Positions 1 to 10,457 of a stretch of DNA of 64,000 bases are shown here, piece by piece. Both the position numbers and the translations under genes were made by a program. The notes under the pieces are model-generated. The model had not been told where the DNA came from. It did no database searches and was given only the letters and a program-made list of their open reading frames with translations. Source of the DNA: Patescibacteria group bacterium (GTDB lineage Bacteria; Patescibacteriota; Microgenomatia; UBA1400; PJMF01); contig JBMORP010000006.1 of NCBI GenBank assembly GCA_049322655.1, positions 512,410-576,409 on the forward strand. Direction: 5' to 3'. Each line of letters starts with the position of its first letter. Position 1 is the first letter of the stretch.

Positions 1-2170
1 ACTCCCGCCTATTCTAGACAATTCCATATACAAAATCAGTGCCAAGTTGTAGTAAAGCTTCACGGGGTCTTTTTGTCCTGCTGCTAGTAGGCCGCATCTT
101 CACGGCCATTTCAATTTCGCCGAGTAATAGTTTAAGACAGTATGAGGCTTGTTATACCTTTCGTGCGGGTCGCCAATTAAGCGACAAGGAACTTCGCTAC
201 CTTAGAACAGTTATAGTTACTGCTGCCGTTCACCGGGGCTTCGATTGAAAGCCCTTGATCCGAAAACCAAGAACCCTCGCAATTAACCTTCCGGCACCGG
301 GCAGGCTTCAGCCCGTATACTTCCTCTTACGAGTTTGCACGGACCTGTGTTTTTGTTAAACAGTCAACCTCATGACATTCACTGCGCCTTGCCTTGCGGC
401 AAGGAGGGCATCTTTCGAGATTACGCCCAGCTGTTTTGCCGAATTCCTTAAACTACCTTCTCTCGCTCCCCTTGGTCTACTCGACCTATCCACCTGTGTC
501 GGTTATCGGTACGATTTTATATAAATCTCCCTGCGAAACTTTTCCAGGACAAAGAAATCAGATATATCAAGAGTCACAAGGACTCAAGACCCATCACACC
601 TCAGATAAACGCCTCGACGGATTTTCCTATCAAGACTGCTTCAGTGATTAGATTTGAAATTCACTTCCAAATATATCTTATCCTTCGTCGTCATTCCCCA
701 AGTCAAACGATCTATACAAAGGACTGGAATATTAACCAGTAATCCATCGGCTACCCTTGCCCTTAAGACAAGGCTGACCTTAGGGTCGCCTAACCCGCAC
801 ACGACGAACGTGGGTGCGGAAACCTTGGATATTCGGGGTTGTGGATTCTCACCACAATTTCGCTACTCATGCCGGCATTCTCACTTCTGATCACTCCAGC
901 ACCTCCTCACGGGGCACCTTCACAGTACACAGAACGCTCCCTTACCACTTCCTACATATTATTGTAAAAAATCCTAAGCTTCGGTTGTATATTTTAGCCT
1001 CGTTAAATTTTCGACGCATGTACCCTACGGCTAGTGAGCTGTTACGCTTTCTTTAAAGGATGGCTGCTTCTGAGCCGACCTCCTAGGTGTCTTAGGATAC
1101 AAACTTCCTTTCCCACTCAATATACATTAGAGACCTTAGCTGTAGGTCTGGATTGTTACCCTTTAGCTCTTGGAACTTAGCTCCCAAGTGCTGAGTGCCA
1201 CGAAACACACATTAGTATTCGGAGTTTGACTAGATGCTGGAAGTTTCCTCCCAAACACCCGATCAGTGCTCTACCCCTAATGCGCTTAACGTGACCCCAT
1301 ACCTAAATATGTTTCAGGGAGAACCAGCTATCTCCAGGTTCGATTGGCATATTACCCCCAACCACAACTCATCCGAGCATCTTGCAGCATACAACGGTGC
1401 GGGCTTCCTTTTTCCTTTCGGAAAAACTCACCCTGGTCATGGTTAGCTCACCTGGTTTCGGGTCATTCAACAACTACCATAAATCGCCCTCTTAAGGCTC
1501 GCTTTCACTGAGGCTTCGACGCGGAACGTCTTAACCAAAGCAGTTGTCAAATACTCGCCGGCTCATTCTTCAATAGGCACGACATCACACAACAAGTGTG
1601 CTTTGTCTGTTTGTTAGCAAATAGTTTCAGGGACTATTTCACGGGGTCTTCAACCCTTCTTTTCACCTTTCCCTCACGGTACTCGTTCACTATCGATCTT
1701 ATCTAGTATTTAGCCTTGGAGTGTGGTCACCCCAGCTTCAGAAGGGAGTTTGCCGTCTCCCAACCTACTCAGGAATCTTCTATGGTCTGTTTTTATTTCA
1801 AATACACGACTTTCACGTTCTTTGGTTACGTACTCCACCGTATTCTTTTATAAAACCAGAATCCAATGTTGAAGTCCTACAACCCCCATATAAATATGGG
1901 TTTGGGCTTTTCCCTTTTCGCTCGTCGCTTACTCAGGGAATCTCTTACGTTTTCTTTTCCTCAGGGTACTTAGATATTTCAGTTCCCCTGGTTACCCCCC
2001 TTCATCAAAGATGAAGAGCCATTATGATCTCTCATAACGAGGTTACCCTATTCGGACACCGCCGGATCACAGCTTTTTGCCAGCTCCCCGACGACTATCG
2101 CGGGCTTGGCGTCCTTCTTCGGCTAGATAAGTCTAGGCATCCACTACTTGCTTTAATTCACATAATTAGC
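1..2170 (-). rRNA. rrl: 23S rRNA, 5' ~2.17 kb (continues beyond window start; 5' end approximate)
   Basis: Reverse complement has universal 23S segments, e.g. GTGGATGCCT near the 5' end (~2135-2145); plus strand shows GCGACAAGGAACTTCGCTACCTTAG (181-205) and CACCTGTGTCGGTT. No large insertion is evident. Confidence 0.97.
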
Positions 2171-2257
2171 GAAATTTGCATTTTTTAATTTAAATTTAAA
2201 TTTAAATTTTTAATAAATTCTCGACGAATTTACTATTAGATGACATATCTCTTCACT

Positions 2258-2296
2258 TTTTAAAGAACAAACTAATCAAGAAGCTTGCGCTCCTTG
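2258..2296 (-). promoter_or_regulatory. rrn spacer antitermination element: boxB-like hairpin followed by boxA-like sequence
   Basis: Minus strand reads CAAGGAGC-GCAA-GCTTCTTG (2296-2277), then TGTTCTTTAAAA (2269-2258), similar to boxA TGCTCTTTAACA, upstream of the 23S. Confidence 0.6.
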
Positions 2297-2391
2297 TTGT
2301 TCGCCCCGAGTAATTAGAATATCTCCTAAAACCCGTGAACGAATAACAAACAGCTCAAATTTTTAAACTTATTGATTATGTTAAGTTGCGG

Positions 2392-2465
2392 TGGACCCTA
2401 AGGGTCTCGAACCCTTGACCTCTACATTGCAAATGTAGCGCTCTAGCCAACTGAGCTAAGGGCCC
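2392..2465 (-). tRNA. tRNA-Ala(TGC), CCA not encoded
   Basis: GGGCCCTTAGCTCAGTTGGCTAGAGCGCTACA-TT-TGC-AA-TGTAGAGGTCAAGGGTTCGAGACCCTTAGGGTCCA; G3:U70 Ala identity pair; followed by CCG. Confidence 0.97.
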
Positions 2466-2606
2466 ATATTAAAGTCCAGGTTGGCCACAAAAAAAGCCGG
2501 GCCAACTTTTTGGGTTATTCACTTGTTATTAAAATCGGGTGAGGGATTCTGTTGAAAAAAACTCAACTAGAATATCTATTTTCTGCTTTCCCGAACAGAG
2601 AACGAT

Positions 2607-2635
2607 ATTATAAGCAAAGATATTTTTTTTTGCAA
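2607..2635 (-). promoter_or_regulatory. sigma70 promoter for the tRNA-Ala-23S transcript
   Basis: TTGCAA (2635-2630), 17 bp spacer, TATAAT (2612-2607) on the minus strand. Confidence 0.85.
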
Positions 2636-2651
2636 GTAGGATAAAAAGGGA

Positions 2652-3287
2652 TTATCTCTCAGGCAAAATCTCTACTTTTAAACCAACTTTTTCTAAAACT
2701 TTTAAGTTTTTTTGAGCTGTTTTTTCGTCTAATTCTCCATCAAGTTCATAAAAAAGAGGTAACTCTCTTTTGGCCAATTTATTATAAAACTCAATCTGAG
2801 GAACAAGCACTTCTTTAGCTACTTTGGGAGAAGCAGCCGCTAACCAGTCAGCAGAAATTCTATAACAACCTAAGTTATAAATCTGTTCACCACCACCCAA
2901 AGTAAAACAAATTTTATTAGCTACATGAATTCCCTTTGGTCTAACCATGTGACCCTTGACCTCATCTTTGAGTTTTTTTGGGTCAGAGAAAGGAATAAAA
3001 CCAGCATAAGACAAACCTTCTTGATCTGCCAAAGCTTCAATTTGTTGTTGCATCGAAGCATCTGCTTGCTCAAAGTCAACCAAATTCATTTTACTTTTAA
3101 TCCAGTCATTTTCTTGAGATGCAACAATGCTAATGGCAGGACCAAAAACTTTTTTCAAAGCAGCAACTGCTTTCGAAAAACCAGGTAATTCATAGCCAGC
3201 GCCAGCAAAAGCCAGCCTAGTACCCTCATTAATTTGGACACCTTCATCTCCACATGTAATCACATAAGTGGATTGTTGTTCTGTCAT
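2652..3287 (-). CDS. hypothetical protein (211 aa)
   Basis: Long ORF with natural composition; no family recognised. Confidence 0.75.
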   Translation of the reverse strand: MTEQQSTYVITCGDEGVQINEGTRLAFAGAGYELPGFSKAVAALKKVFGPAISIVASQENDWIKSKMNLVDFEQADASMQQQIEALADQEGLSYAGFIPFSDPKKLKDEVKGHMVRPKGIHVANKICFTLGGGEQIYNLGCYRISADWLAAASPKVAKEVLVPQIEFYNKLAKRELPLFYELDGELDEKTAQKNLKVLEKVGLKVEILPER

Positions 3288-3312
3288 ATATTCTTTCTAA
3301 AAGACACTGAAA

Positions 3313-3483
3313 TTAATCTTCAGCTTCTTCTGAGTGGGACATAGCTTGAATAGAGGCTAAATATTGATTCATATCAGCTTCTACTTTTTCCCAATCTCCA
3401 TTTGCTTCACGGATTGCGTTAAACAACAAATCCATGTCAATTAAAAGTTGGTCATCGGTTACGATCATTCTTTGTTTTGCCAT
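3313..3483 (-). CDS. small acidic hypothetical protein (56 aa, MAKQRMIV...); start reassigned to 3483
   Basis: ATG at 3483 lies 6 nt after TGGTATAAT; the upstream extension of the track ORF covers this promoter. Confidence 0.65.
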   Translation of the reverse strand: MAKQRMIVTDDQLLIDMDLLFNAIREANGDWEKVEADMNQYLASIQAMSHSEEAED

Positions 3484-3592
3484 AATGTTATTATACCATT
3501 TTCCAGAGAAAAAGTCGATTGAATCGGCTTTTTTCAAAAACTGGCCCATTAGATCGGGCCAGTTTTTATCAAATACTATTTTAAATTACGGT

Positions 3593-4855
3593 TTATTTAT
3601 AACCCATTGGCGCTTCGGTTAAGATCACACTTAAACTCATGCGACGTTGTTCAGGCACAATGTTTTCCACATTAACAGTTACCTCTTCACCAACTTTTAG
3701 CTCTTTAGCTGGGTCAAGTTTGCTAGAGTGGATTAAACCATCTACACCTGGCTCAACATTAACAAACACTCCAAAAGATTCAACTCTGGTTACTTTACCT
3801 GTAAAAGTGGTACCTACAGCATATTTTTCACCAATAGTTAACCATGGATCATCAATCAATTGTTTAATCGATAAATTGAGCTTGTTGGTTTTTTCATCAA
3901 TCCCCAAAACTTTAACTTTGAGTCGATCGCCAACAGAGTGGTAATCTTTAGGATGATTAACTTTTTCCCAACTAATTTCAGAGATATGGACTAAACCTTC
4001 GACATAACCGACATTGGCTGAATCTGATTTTTCATCAACAGGAATTTCAACGGTGACAAATAAACCAAAATGCATCACCCCAGAAACAACACCTTCATAG
4101 ATTTTGCCAGATTCAACCTTATCCAAAGCTTGATCTTTTTGGGCTAGCTCTTTGGCTTCACTGACGTGTCTCTCTGAAAAAATCAGTCTGTTCTTTTCTC
4201 GATCAACCTCAATCACTTTAACTTGGAAAGTTTCACCTTTTAAGTTGTTAACTTTACCAACAAAGTCTCGGCCAAACTGACTAGAAGGCACAAAACCACG
4301 GACACCATTAACTACCACAATCAAACCACCACGATTGGTTTCAACCCCTTTGGCTTCTAAAACTTCCTCATTCTCAAAAGCTTCTTCGAAATATTCCCAT
4401 TTGGCATCAGAAGCAGCTCCTCTTAAGGAAAGAGCTATTTGTCCACGATCGTTTTCTGAAGAAATCACCAAAGCTGACACTTCGTCGCCAACATTCAAAT
4501 CTTTAATGAACTCAGTGGCAAAATCGTATTCTTTGTCTGCAACAATTCCTTCTGTTTTTGCTCCCAAATCGATCACCAAAGATTTTTTATTCTTGGCAGT
4601 AATAATTCCTTTTAAAGAATCACCTTTTTGTGGCACTACTAGTTCATAGTCAGCACCAGCCAATAACTCCTCCATAGTCTGAGGTTTTTTGTCAGTTTTT
4701 TTAACTTTTGGTTCGGTAACCGGTTTTTCAACCTTCACCTCTTTTTGAGAAACTTCTTGAATTGGTTTTTCTGGTTGGTTTTCTGGAGTTTTCTCCTCAA
4801 CTTGAGAGGTTTGCTCCTCTATTTCTTTTTTATCTTGAGCTTTCTTTATAGCCAT
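3593..4855 (-). CDS. rpsA: 30S ribosomal protein S1 (short form, ~4 S1 domains, charged N-terminal extension)
   Basis: S1 repeats RGFVPSSQ, EGLVHISEISW, FGVFVNVEPGVDGLIHSS; SD-like AAAGGGG upstream. Confidence 0.9.
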   Translation of the reverse strand: MAIKKAQDKKEIEEQTSQVEEKTPENQPEKPIQEVSQKEVKVEKPVTEPKVKKTDKKPQTMEELLAGADYELVVPQKGDSLKGIITAKNKKSLVIDLGAKTEGIVADKEYDFATEFIKDLNVGDEVSALVISSENDRGQIALSLRGAASDAKWEYFEEAFENEEVLEAKGVETNRGGLIVVVNGVRGFVPSSQFGRDFVGKVNNLKGETFQVKVIEVDREKNRLIFSERHVSEAKELAQKDQALDKVESGKIYEGVVSGVMHFGLFVTVEIPVDEKSDSANVGYVEGLVHISEISWEKVNHPKDYHSVGDRLKVKVLGIDEKTNKLNLSIKQLIDDPWLTIGEKYAVGTTFTGKVTRVESFGVFVNVEPGVDGLIHSSKLDPAKELKVGEEVTVNVENIVPEQRRMSLSVILTEAPMGYK

Positions 4856-4946
4856 ACACGATAAATCCCCTTTCTTTTGGAATCCATGAAGTATATCATA
4901 CTGATATTAATTTTTCACAAGAACTCCAGAGATAGTAATTATCACC

Positions 4947-5591
4947 ATGATTAAAATTCACCCTTACTATTTTTCCTCAACTAAAAGAGTGTTCGATTTG
5001 CTATTAGCCTTACTACTATCAATTGTTCTTTTGCCAATGCTAGTGATTATTGCCCTAATAATATTAATAACCACTGGTCAGCCAATCATTTTCAAACAAA
5101 AAAGAACTGGGCAAAATGGCAAAACTTTTACTATTTATAAGTTTAGAACCATGGAAAAAAATGCTGCCTTAACCAAGCATAAATATGAAAACCTCAATCA
5201 AGCACCAGCCCCAATGTTTAAAATTCATGATGATCCAAGATTTGTTGGTCTAGGTAGGTTTCTATCTAGAACTGGCTTTGATGAACTACCCCAACTGTTA
5301 AATATTATCGAGGGCAATATGAGTTTTGTTGGACCCAGACCTTTGCCCATAAAAGAAGCTGAAGCTTTACCAAAAAAATGGAAAGCTTTTAGAGAACAGG
5401 TCAAACCAGGGATTTTTTCTGAGTGGTCAATTTCTTGGGAAAGACACCAAAGTTTAGCCAAGTGGCAGAAACTAGAAGAACAAACCATGAAAAATGGGTC
5501 TATTTACAAAGACTTTTTTTATATTTATGAGGTTATTTCGTCACAATTACTTTTACTCTTAAAAAAGAAAAAACTAAAAACCAAAAATTAG
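4947..5591 (+). CDS. priming sugar (phosphoglycosyl) transferase, Bac_transf family
   Basis: KRVFD, YKFRTM, DDPR, DELPQLLNIIEGNMSFVGPRP motifs. Confidence 0.92.
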   Translation: MIKIHPYYFSSTKRVFDLLLALLLSIVLLPMLVIIALIILITTGQPIIFKQKRTGQNGKTFTIYKFRTMEKNAALTKHKYENLNQAPAPMFKIHDDPRFVGLGRFLSRTGFDELPQLLNIIEGNMSFVGPRPLPIKEAEALPKKWKAFREQVKPGIFSEWSISWERHQSLAKWQKLEEQTMKNGSIYKDFFYIYEVISSQLLLLLKKKKLKTKN

Positions 5592-8048
5592 TTGTCTAAT
5601 TTCTTCATATCTGGCTTGATCAAACGATTTTTCCCTAATAGACTCCAAAGCAGTTTTGCATTCGTGGTTATTTTGATTCAACTCAAAACAAGTTTGAAAA
5701 GCATGTTCAGCCTTTTCCATAGAAAACAATCTCGCCAAAACATAGCCTCTTTGGGCAGGAATCCAATATAATCCATAACTATTAGCTTTTAAAAACTCAT
5801 CAAAAACTAACACTTTATTTTCATTGCTATTTTCCAGCAAAAAATCATAATAGCTTTGAAAAACTTTTTCTAAATTAACAGTCTTTTCTTGGAAAAAAAC
5901 CAAGTCTAAATATTGATTAGTTGAATATTCTGACTGAGTGATTTGAGAGATAAGTTGTAAAAGAGAAATATAGTGCCAACCCCACTGCTCTTGATCTGCT
6001 GTAAAAATTAAATTTAGGTTATCTCGGTTAAAATCATCCTTAAACCAAGCGACACTCCATTCTGCCAGGTCTAACATTCTTCTCACAAAATCGCTGCGCT
6101 TTTGTAAATTTTTATCTAAATCCAGATTATTAACTAACAAAGCATAGTAAACTTTAGCCAAAGTTTCACGATTATCGCCCCATTGTTCTGCTGGAATCTT
6201 TTCTAAACTAGTTAAAAAATCAACTTTTTCTGAAAAGGAATACCTTGTAATCAAGAGGTCTTCCAAAAAAGGAAGTTTCTTAGCCAAAGACCACTCATCA
6301 AACTTATAAGCATTTAGTAGGTTGGCTGTAGCTGAAGCTAAATTTTTATTTTTAAAATCATTTTCAGCTAAATAAATAAAAAATCTTGACCAGTCACTTT
6401 TAGTTTTATGATCCAAACTTTCTTTTTGAAAATTAATGTTGGTTTGTCGACTTACAAAAAAATCATCAATAAAAGTCATTGTCTTTCTTAATTTTTCTAC
6501 ATCTTGATGATTGTAGTGATAGGCAGGCAAATCACTTTCAATAACCAACCATGGGTTAGCTGACCACAACTGATACTCGTAAACTTCTTTTTCATCAGCT
6601 GGTAACTTAGTTAAAAGATAATCACTAAATAGAGGGAAGTAATTATCAGCTAACAGTTTTTTATCTTGAATAGAAAAATCATTATGCTCAATAAAAACTT
6701 TGGCATGATGGTAAAAATAAGGAAAAATACGAAAAGCAGTTTTTTCTTTTTCAATAAAGATCAAACCAGATACAAAAAAATTAAAAATCGAAAAAAGTAA
6801 CAACAAAGCAAAGGACAAATTTAAAAAGGGCTTAATTTTTCTAATAGAGACTGAAACTTTATTGTTGCCACCAATGAATAAACTACTTAGTAACAAAAAG
6901 GTCACAGCCAAACCAAACAAGTGAAAATTATAATCAAAAAAGATATCAAAAATAAATGAACCCAAAGCTAAAAAAACTAATTTAAAACTAAAGTCATTTT
7001 TATCTTGACCTTGAGTTTTAATATTCATAAAAACCAATAAAACAATCAAGATAAAAAATAACCCAGCAAAAACCCCACTTTCAGTGAAGATCTGAAGAAA
7101 ATCATTATGAACAAACTTAGTCCATAGTTCTGGTATCTGACGATATTGGTAAGAAACAACTTCAAAAGTACCAGGTCCGTTACCAAGCCATGGATTTCTA
7201 AAAAAAGAAATAATGGCTTGAGACCAATAAAAATGCCTAACATTAAAACTAAAATCTTCTTTGCATAACTGATCTTTATACTGAAAATCAGCAAAGTATT
7301 GACAATTATTTAGACCAGAAAAAACTAGTTGAGAGGCAAGTAATAAAATACTCAAATAAAAAATCACTTTTAAGTTTTTATCAATAAATCTTTCCTCTTT
7401 AAAAGAGTTAAATTTTAAATTAATCAGCACAAATAACTGCAAGATGGAAAGAAATAGCAAAACCCTACCAAAACTAATCATCAGCACTAAATAAAAAAAG
7501 ATAGTAATAAAAAAATAAATTTTTTTGTTTTGTTTTATAAAAGACCTAATTGATAAAGGAGCTAATAACAACAAAAAAGTACCTAAGTGATTATGCCCAT
7601 AAGAAGAATAAATTAAATTTATTGGTGGAATTTTTTCAGCTAGATTGGGCAAAAACATTAAACCGAGAGCGACAAAAGAGAGGGAAAAACCCAAAAAGAA
7701 AAAAATATCCAAAATAAATTCCCTTTCTTTGGCTGAAAAATCTAAACTAGAGAAAAAAATAAAAATCAAAAAAAGACTTACATACCTTATAAAAGTATGC
7801 AAACTAATTGCCCAAGAACTAGAAAATAATAAAGCCAAAAAAACAAATAATAAAAATCCAAAGATGGCCAACAATAAATGTGTGTTTAAGTTTTTCTTAA
7901 AAGGAAAAACCTTCTGACCAACAAAAAATACTAAACAAAATAAAAAAACTACTAAATAGCTATAAATAGTTTCTGCAAACAAAAAACTAGTTAATAAGGC
8001 TACAAAAAACAAAATAAAAAAAATAATCTTTTGCCAAGAGAAATTCAT
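5574..8048 (-). CDS. O-antigen ligase / O-oligosaccharyltransferase-like membrane protein with long C-terminal soluble region
   Basis: Many TM segments; Wzy_C-like PWLGNGPGTF...VHNDFLQIFTESG. Confidence 0.8.
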   Translation of the reverse strand: MNFSWQKIIFFILFFVALLTSFLFAETIYSYLVVFLFCLVFFVGQKVFPFKKNLNTHLLLAIFGFLLFVFLALLFSSSWAISLHTFIRYVSLFLIFIFFSSLDFSAKEREFILDIFFFLGFSLSFVALGLMFLPNLAEKIPPINLIYSSYGHNHLGTFLLLLAPLSIRSFIKQNKKIYFFITIFFYLVLMISFGRVLLFLSILQLFVLINLKFNSFKEERFIDKNLKVIFYLSILLLASQLVFSGLNNCQYFADFQYKDQLCKEDFSFNVRHFYWSQAIISFFRNPWLGNGPGTFEVVSYQYRQIPELWTKFVHNDFLQIFTESGVFAGLFFILIVLLVFMNIKTQGQDKNDFSFKLVFLALGSFIFDIFFDYNFHLFGLAVTFLLLSSLFIGGNNKVSVSIRKIKPFLNLSFALLLLFSIFNFFVSGLIFIEKEKTAFRIFPYFYHHAKVFIEHNDFSIQDKKLLADNYFPLFSDYLLTKLPADEKEVYEYQLWSANPWLVIESDLPAYHYNHQDVEKLRKTMTFIDDFFVSRQTNINFQKESLDHKTKSDWSRFFIYLAENDFKNKNLASATANLLNAYKFDEWSLAKKLPFLEDLLITRYSFSEKVDFLTSLEKIPAEQWGDNRETLAKVYYALLVNNLDLDKNLQKRSDFVRRMLDLAEWSVAWFKDDFNRDNLNLIFTADQEQWGWHYISLLQLISQITQSEYSTNQYLDLVFFQEKTVNLEKVFQSYYDFLLENSNENKVLVFDEFLKANSYGLYWIPAQRGYVLARLFSMEKAEHAFQTCFELNQNNHECKTALESIREKSFDQARYEEIRQLIFGF

Positions 8049-8104
8049 TAATTATTTATGATACCATCCTATCAAGACTATGCTAATCGATAATAAATTT
8101 TGAT

Positions 8105-9403
8105 ATGAGCAAAGACATTTTTTCCCTAATCTCCCAAAAATACCTGAAAAATAATCTAATGTTAGTGATGCTGATTGGTTTGGGTAAAGCTATTAGTCTA
8201 ATTTGGAAAAGCATCTTATTGAAACAAAATATTGAGTTAGTAGGAATAATTGAAGTATTGCTAACTACCCTTGGACTATTGACAGCTTTAACCACCTTAG
8301 CAATCCCGGCTGCTTTTGCTAGATTTTCCCTAAAAAATAGATTAAAAATTTTACAATATAAAAACTTTGCTTTGAAACAAATTGGCAAAATTTTTATAAT
8401 CATGGTGCTAGCCATAAGCTTAGTCGCTTTAACTGCAAAAGCTTTCTATCAGCAGGTCTTTATTATTTCTTCAGTAGCTTTTTCATTGTTGTTGTTGACC
8501 AATGTTATTCAGGAACTATTTTTAACTTATATTAATGTTGAAAAAAAATTTATTCTCTATGGATGTTTAAAATTTATCGCTCAACCTTTATTAAAAATTG
8601 GTTTATTAAGCTTAGTTATCGCCCAGTTTCTTCAACAGTCGGTTCTTTTCAATCACGTTATTTGGAGCATTATCATTACCACTGTTATAACAACTATTAT
8701 TTTAAAAATTAAAACCAGTTTTTTTAAACCAGTAATAAAAAAACTCAACATAATTGAACAGCAAGAATTTTTGACTTATACCAAGTTTTTAAGTGGATCT
8801 TTTCTCTCTTTTATTATTTATGGGGCCATAGATATTTATTTAATTCAATATTTTCTAGGAAATTTTTATGTTGGAATTTATTCTGCTATTTTTATGTTTG
8901 TAAATATTTTAGATTTAGTCTTTTCTCCTTTTTTACAAACATTTCAGGTTTATCTAGCAGACAAAAAAAATATTTTTTATAAAAAGAAATTCACCCAAAA
9001 AGCAGTGATTGGCTTACTCTTTTCTGGCTTACTTATTGGACTACCTATTTCTTTGCTGATACCAAGTTTTTTTGAGTTTTTCTTGAATGAAAAAATCTAC
9101 CTAACCACCACTCTGATCTTTGTAATCAGTAAAATCATTCATTCTGCTGTAGTACTAATAATCAGACATTACTTGGATTTTGAAGGCAAAGAACAGTTCA
9201 CTTTTAAAACCATGAACATTGCTCTTATTTCAAAAACAGTTCTAGGTATTTTGTTAATCAGTAAGTTGGGAATTTTTGGTTTAGCAATCAGCCAATTAAT
9301 TACAGAAATAGTTCACTTACTGATTTTAAAAACCCAAGCTGCCTTTATTTTTAAAAAAGATTATTTAAAATTTGATCAACCTTTTTCTCCCAAGAATTCT
9401 TAA
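8105..9403 (+). CDS. Wzx-like oligosaccharide flippase
   Basis: ~12 TM segments; DIYLIQYFLG...VGIYSA and LGIFGLAIS motifs typical of MOP flippases. Confidence 0.75.
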   Translation: MSKDIFSLISQKYLKNNLMLVMLIGLGKAISLIWKSILLKQNIELVGIIEVLLTTLGLLTALTTLAIPAAFARFSLKNRLKILQYKNFALKQIGKIFIIMVLAISLVALTAKAFYQQVFIISSVAFSLLLLTNVIQELFLTYINVEKKFILYGCLKFIAQPLLKIGLLSLVIAQFLQQSVLFNHVIWSIIITTVITTIILKIKTSFFKPVIKKLNIIEQQEFLTYTKFLSGSFLSFIIYGAIDIYLIQYFLGNFYVGIYSAIFMFVNILDLVFSPFLQTFQVYLADKKNIFYKKKFTQKAVIGLLFSGLLIGLPISLLIPSFFEFFLNEKIYLTTTLIFVISKIIHSAVVLIIRHYLDFEGKEQFTFKTMNIALISKTVLGILLISKLGIFGLAISQLITEIVHLLILKTQAAFIFKKDYLKFDQPFSPKNS

Positions 9404-10457
9404 GAGCAATCTTCCTCTTAGCTGATAACAGAACTAAACTTTTGTTCAAAAAACTATTAATCCCTTGCCAACCATTAACTTCTGGAAAATAAACATGATC
9501 TGGATAATAACTTAGTTCCTTAATAAAAGTAGAAATTACTGGTAAACCAACATAAAAATATTCCATAACTTTCATGGGAAAGGAATTTAAATTAAAAGCA
9601 GTTTTCTTGTAAGGAATCAGACCAATGTCATAATTACTCACTGTTGTTGTAATTTTATCTTTGGCTATTTTATCCAGCCAAAATATCTTTTTTTCAGCTA
9701 CTAATTTTAAAAATAATTTTTTTGATTTCAAGTCAGTTAGTTTCTGAGTAGAAAATGACAGTGGACCAATCAAAGTAAGTTCAAAATTACTATTACTCTC
9801 GATTAATTTCATAATAAAAGAAAAATCAATGCGCGACCCAATCCCACCAACAAAAACTAATCTCTTTTTTCTAGACTGATTTTTAGTCTTTAACTTTAGC
9901 GGTGGTGAATAAAAACCCAGTGGAACTTTTTTGATATCTTCTCTCAAATGCTGATAAGCTTTTTTGAGAGTAGTGGAATTAACAAAGACTTGATCAAATT
10001 TTTTTAAGGCTAGTTGGTGTTCAGCTTTTAAGTTTTCATAAAAAGAAAAGTGATCTACACAATCGAAAACAGAACGATCTCTATAGAGAAACTTCAAAAA
10101 AACTGAGCTATATTTAGGCTCAAAAAACCACATAATTCTTCTCCTCTTTTTATTACTTAAAAAAGCTAAATTAAGTAAAAAGATATTGATTACTAAATTT
10201 AGTTTCTTAACTAACTCAAATCGTTGCCCTGGAATAAACATGATCGGTCTAAAAATAAAGTAGTTTTTTGATTTTTTAATTAAAAAATTTTTTTTCAAAA
10301 ATCCCGAAAAATCATGAAATAAAGAAAATGGATTACCAAGAGCAACCCCTACAACAAAATTCTTTTTTTCTGCCAAAATTCTCATGGTTTGAGTGGAATA
10401 GTCACAAATATCATCAATCAAGGCATTAAAGGGAACAATAAAAATGGTTGACTTCAT
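9351..10457 (-). CDS. glycosyltransferase (GT-B, TuaH-like)
   Basis: FDCVDH, FVGGIGSRID, FPMKVMEYF..GLPVIST. Confidence 0.85.
   Translation of the reverse strand: MKSTIFIVPFNALIDDICDYSTQTMRILAEKKNFVVGVALGNPFSLFHDFSGFLKKNFLIKKSKNYFIFRPIMFIPGQRFELVKKLNLVINIFLLNLAFLSNKKRRRIMWFFEPKYSSVFLKFLYRDRSVFDCVDHFSFYENLKAEHQLALKKFDQVFVNSTTLKKAYQHLREDIKKVPLGFYSPPLKLKTKNQSRKKRLVFVGGIGSRIDFSFIMKLIESNSNFELTLIGPLSFSTQKLTDLKSKKLFLKLVAEKKIFWLDKIAKDKITTTVSNYDIGLIPYKKTAFNLNSFPMKVMEYFYVGLPVISTFIKELSYYPDHVYFPEVNGWQGINSFLNKSLVLLSAKRKIALKNSWEKKVDQILNNLF

Noticed and set aside
39-2014. Six plus-strand ORFs in the track
   Set aside because: They are antisense to the 23S rRNA and spurious.
1-2170. Possible intron or insertion in the 23S, as is common in CPR
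   Set aside because: Spacing of conserved landmarks is close to a standard 23S and no homing-endonuclease ORF is visible in this part.
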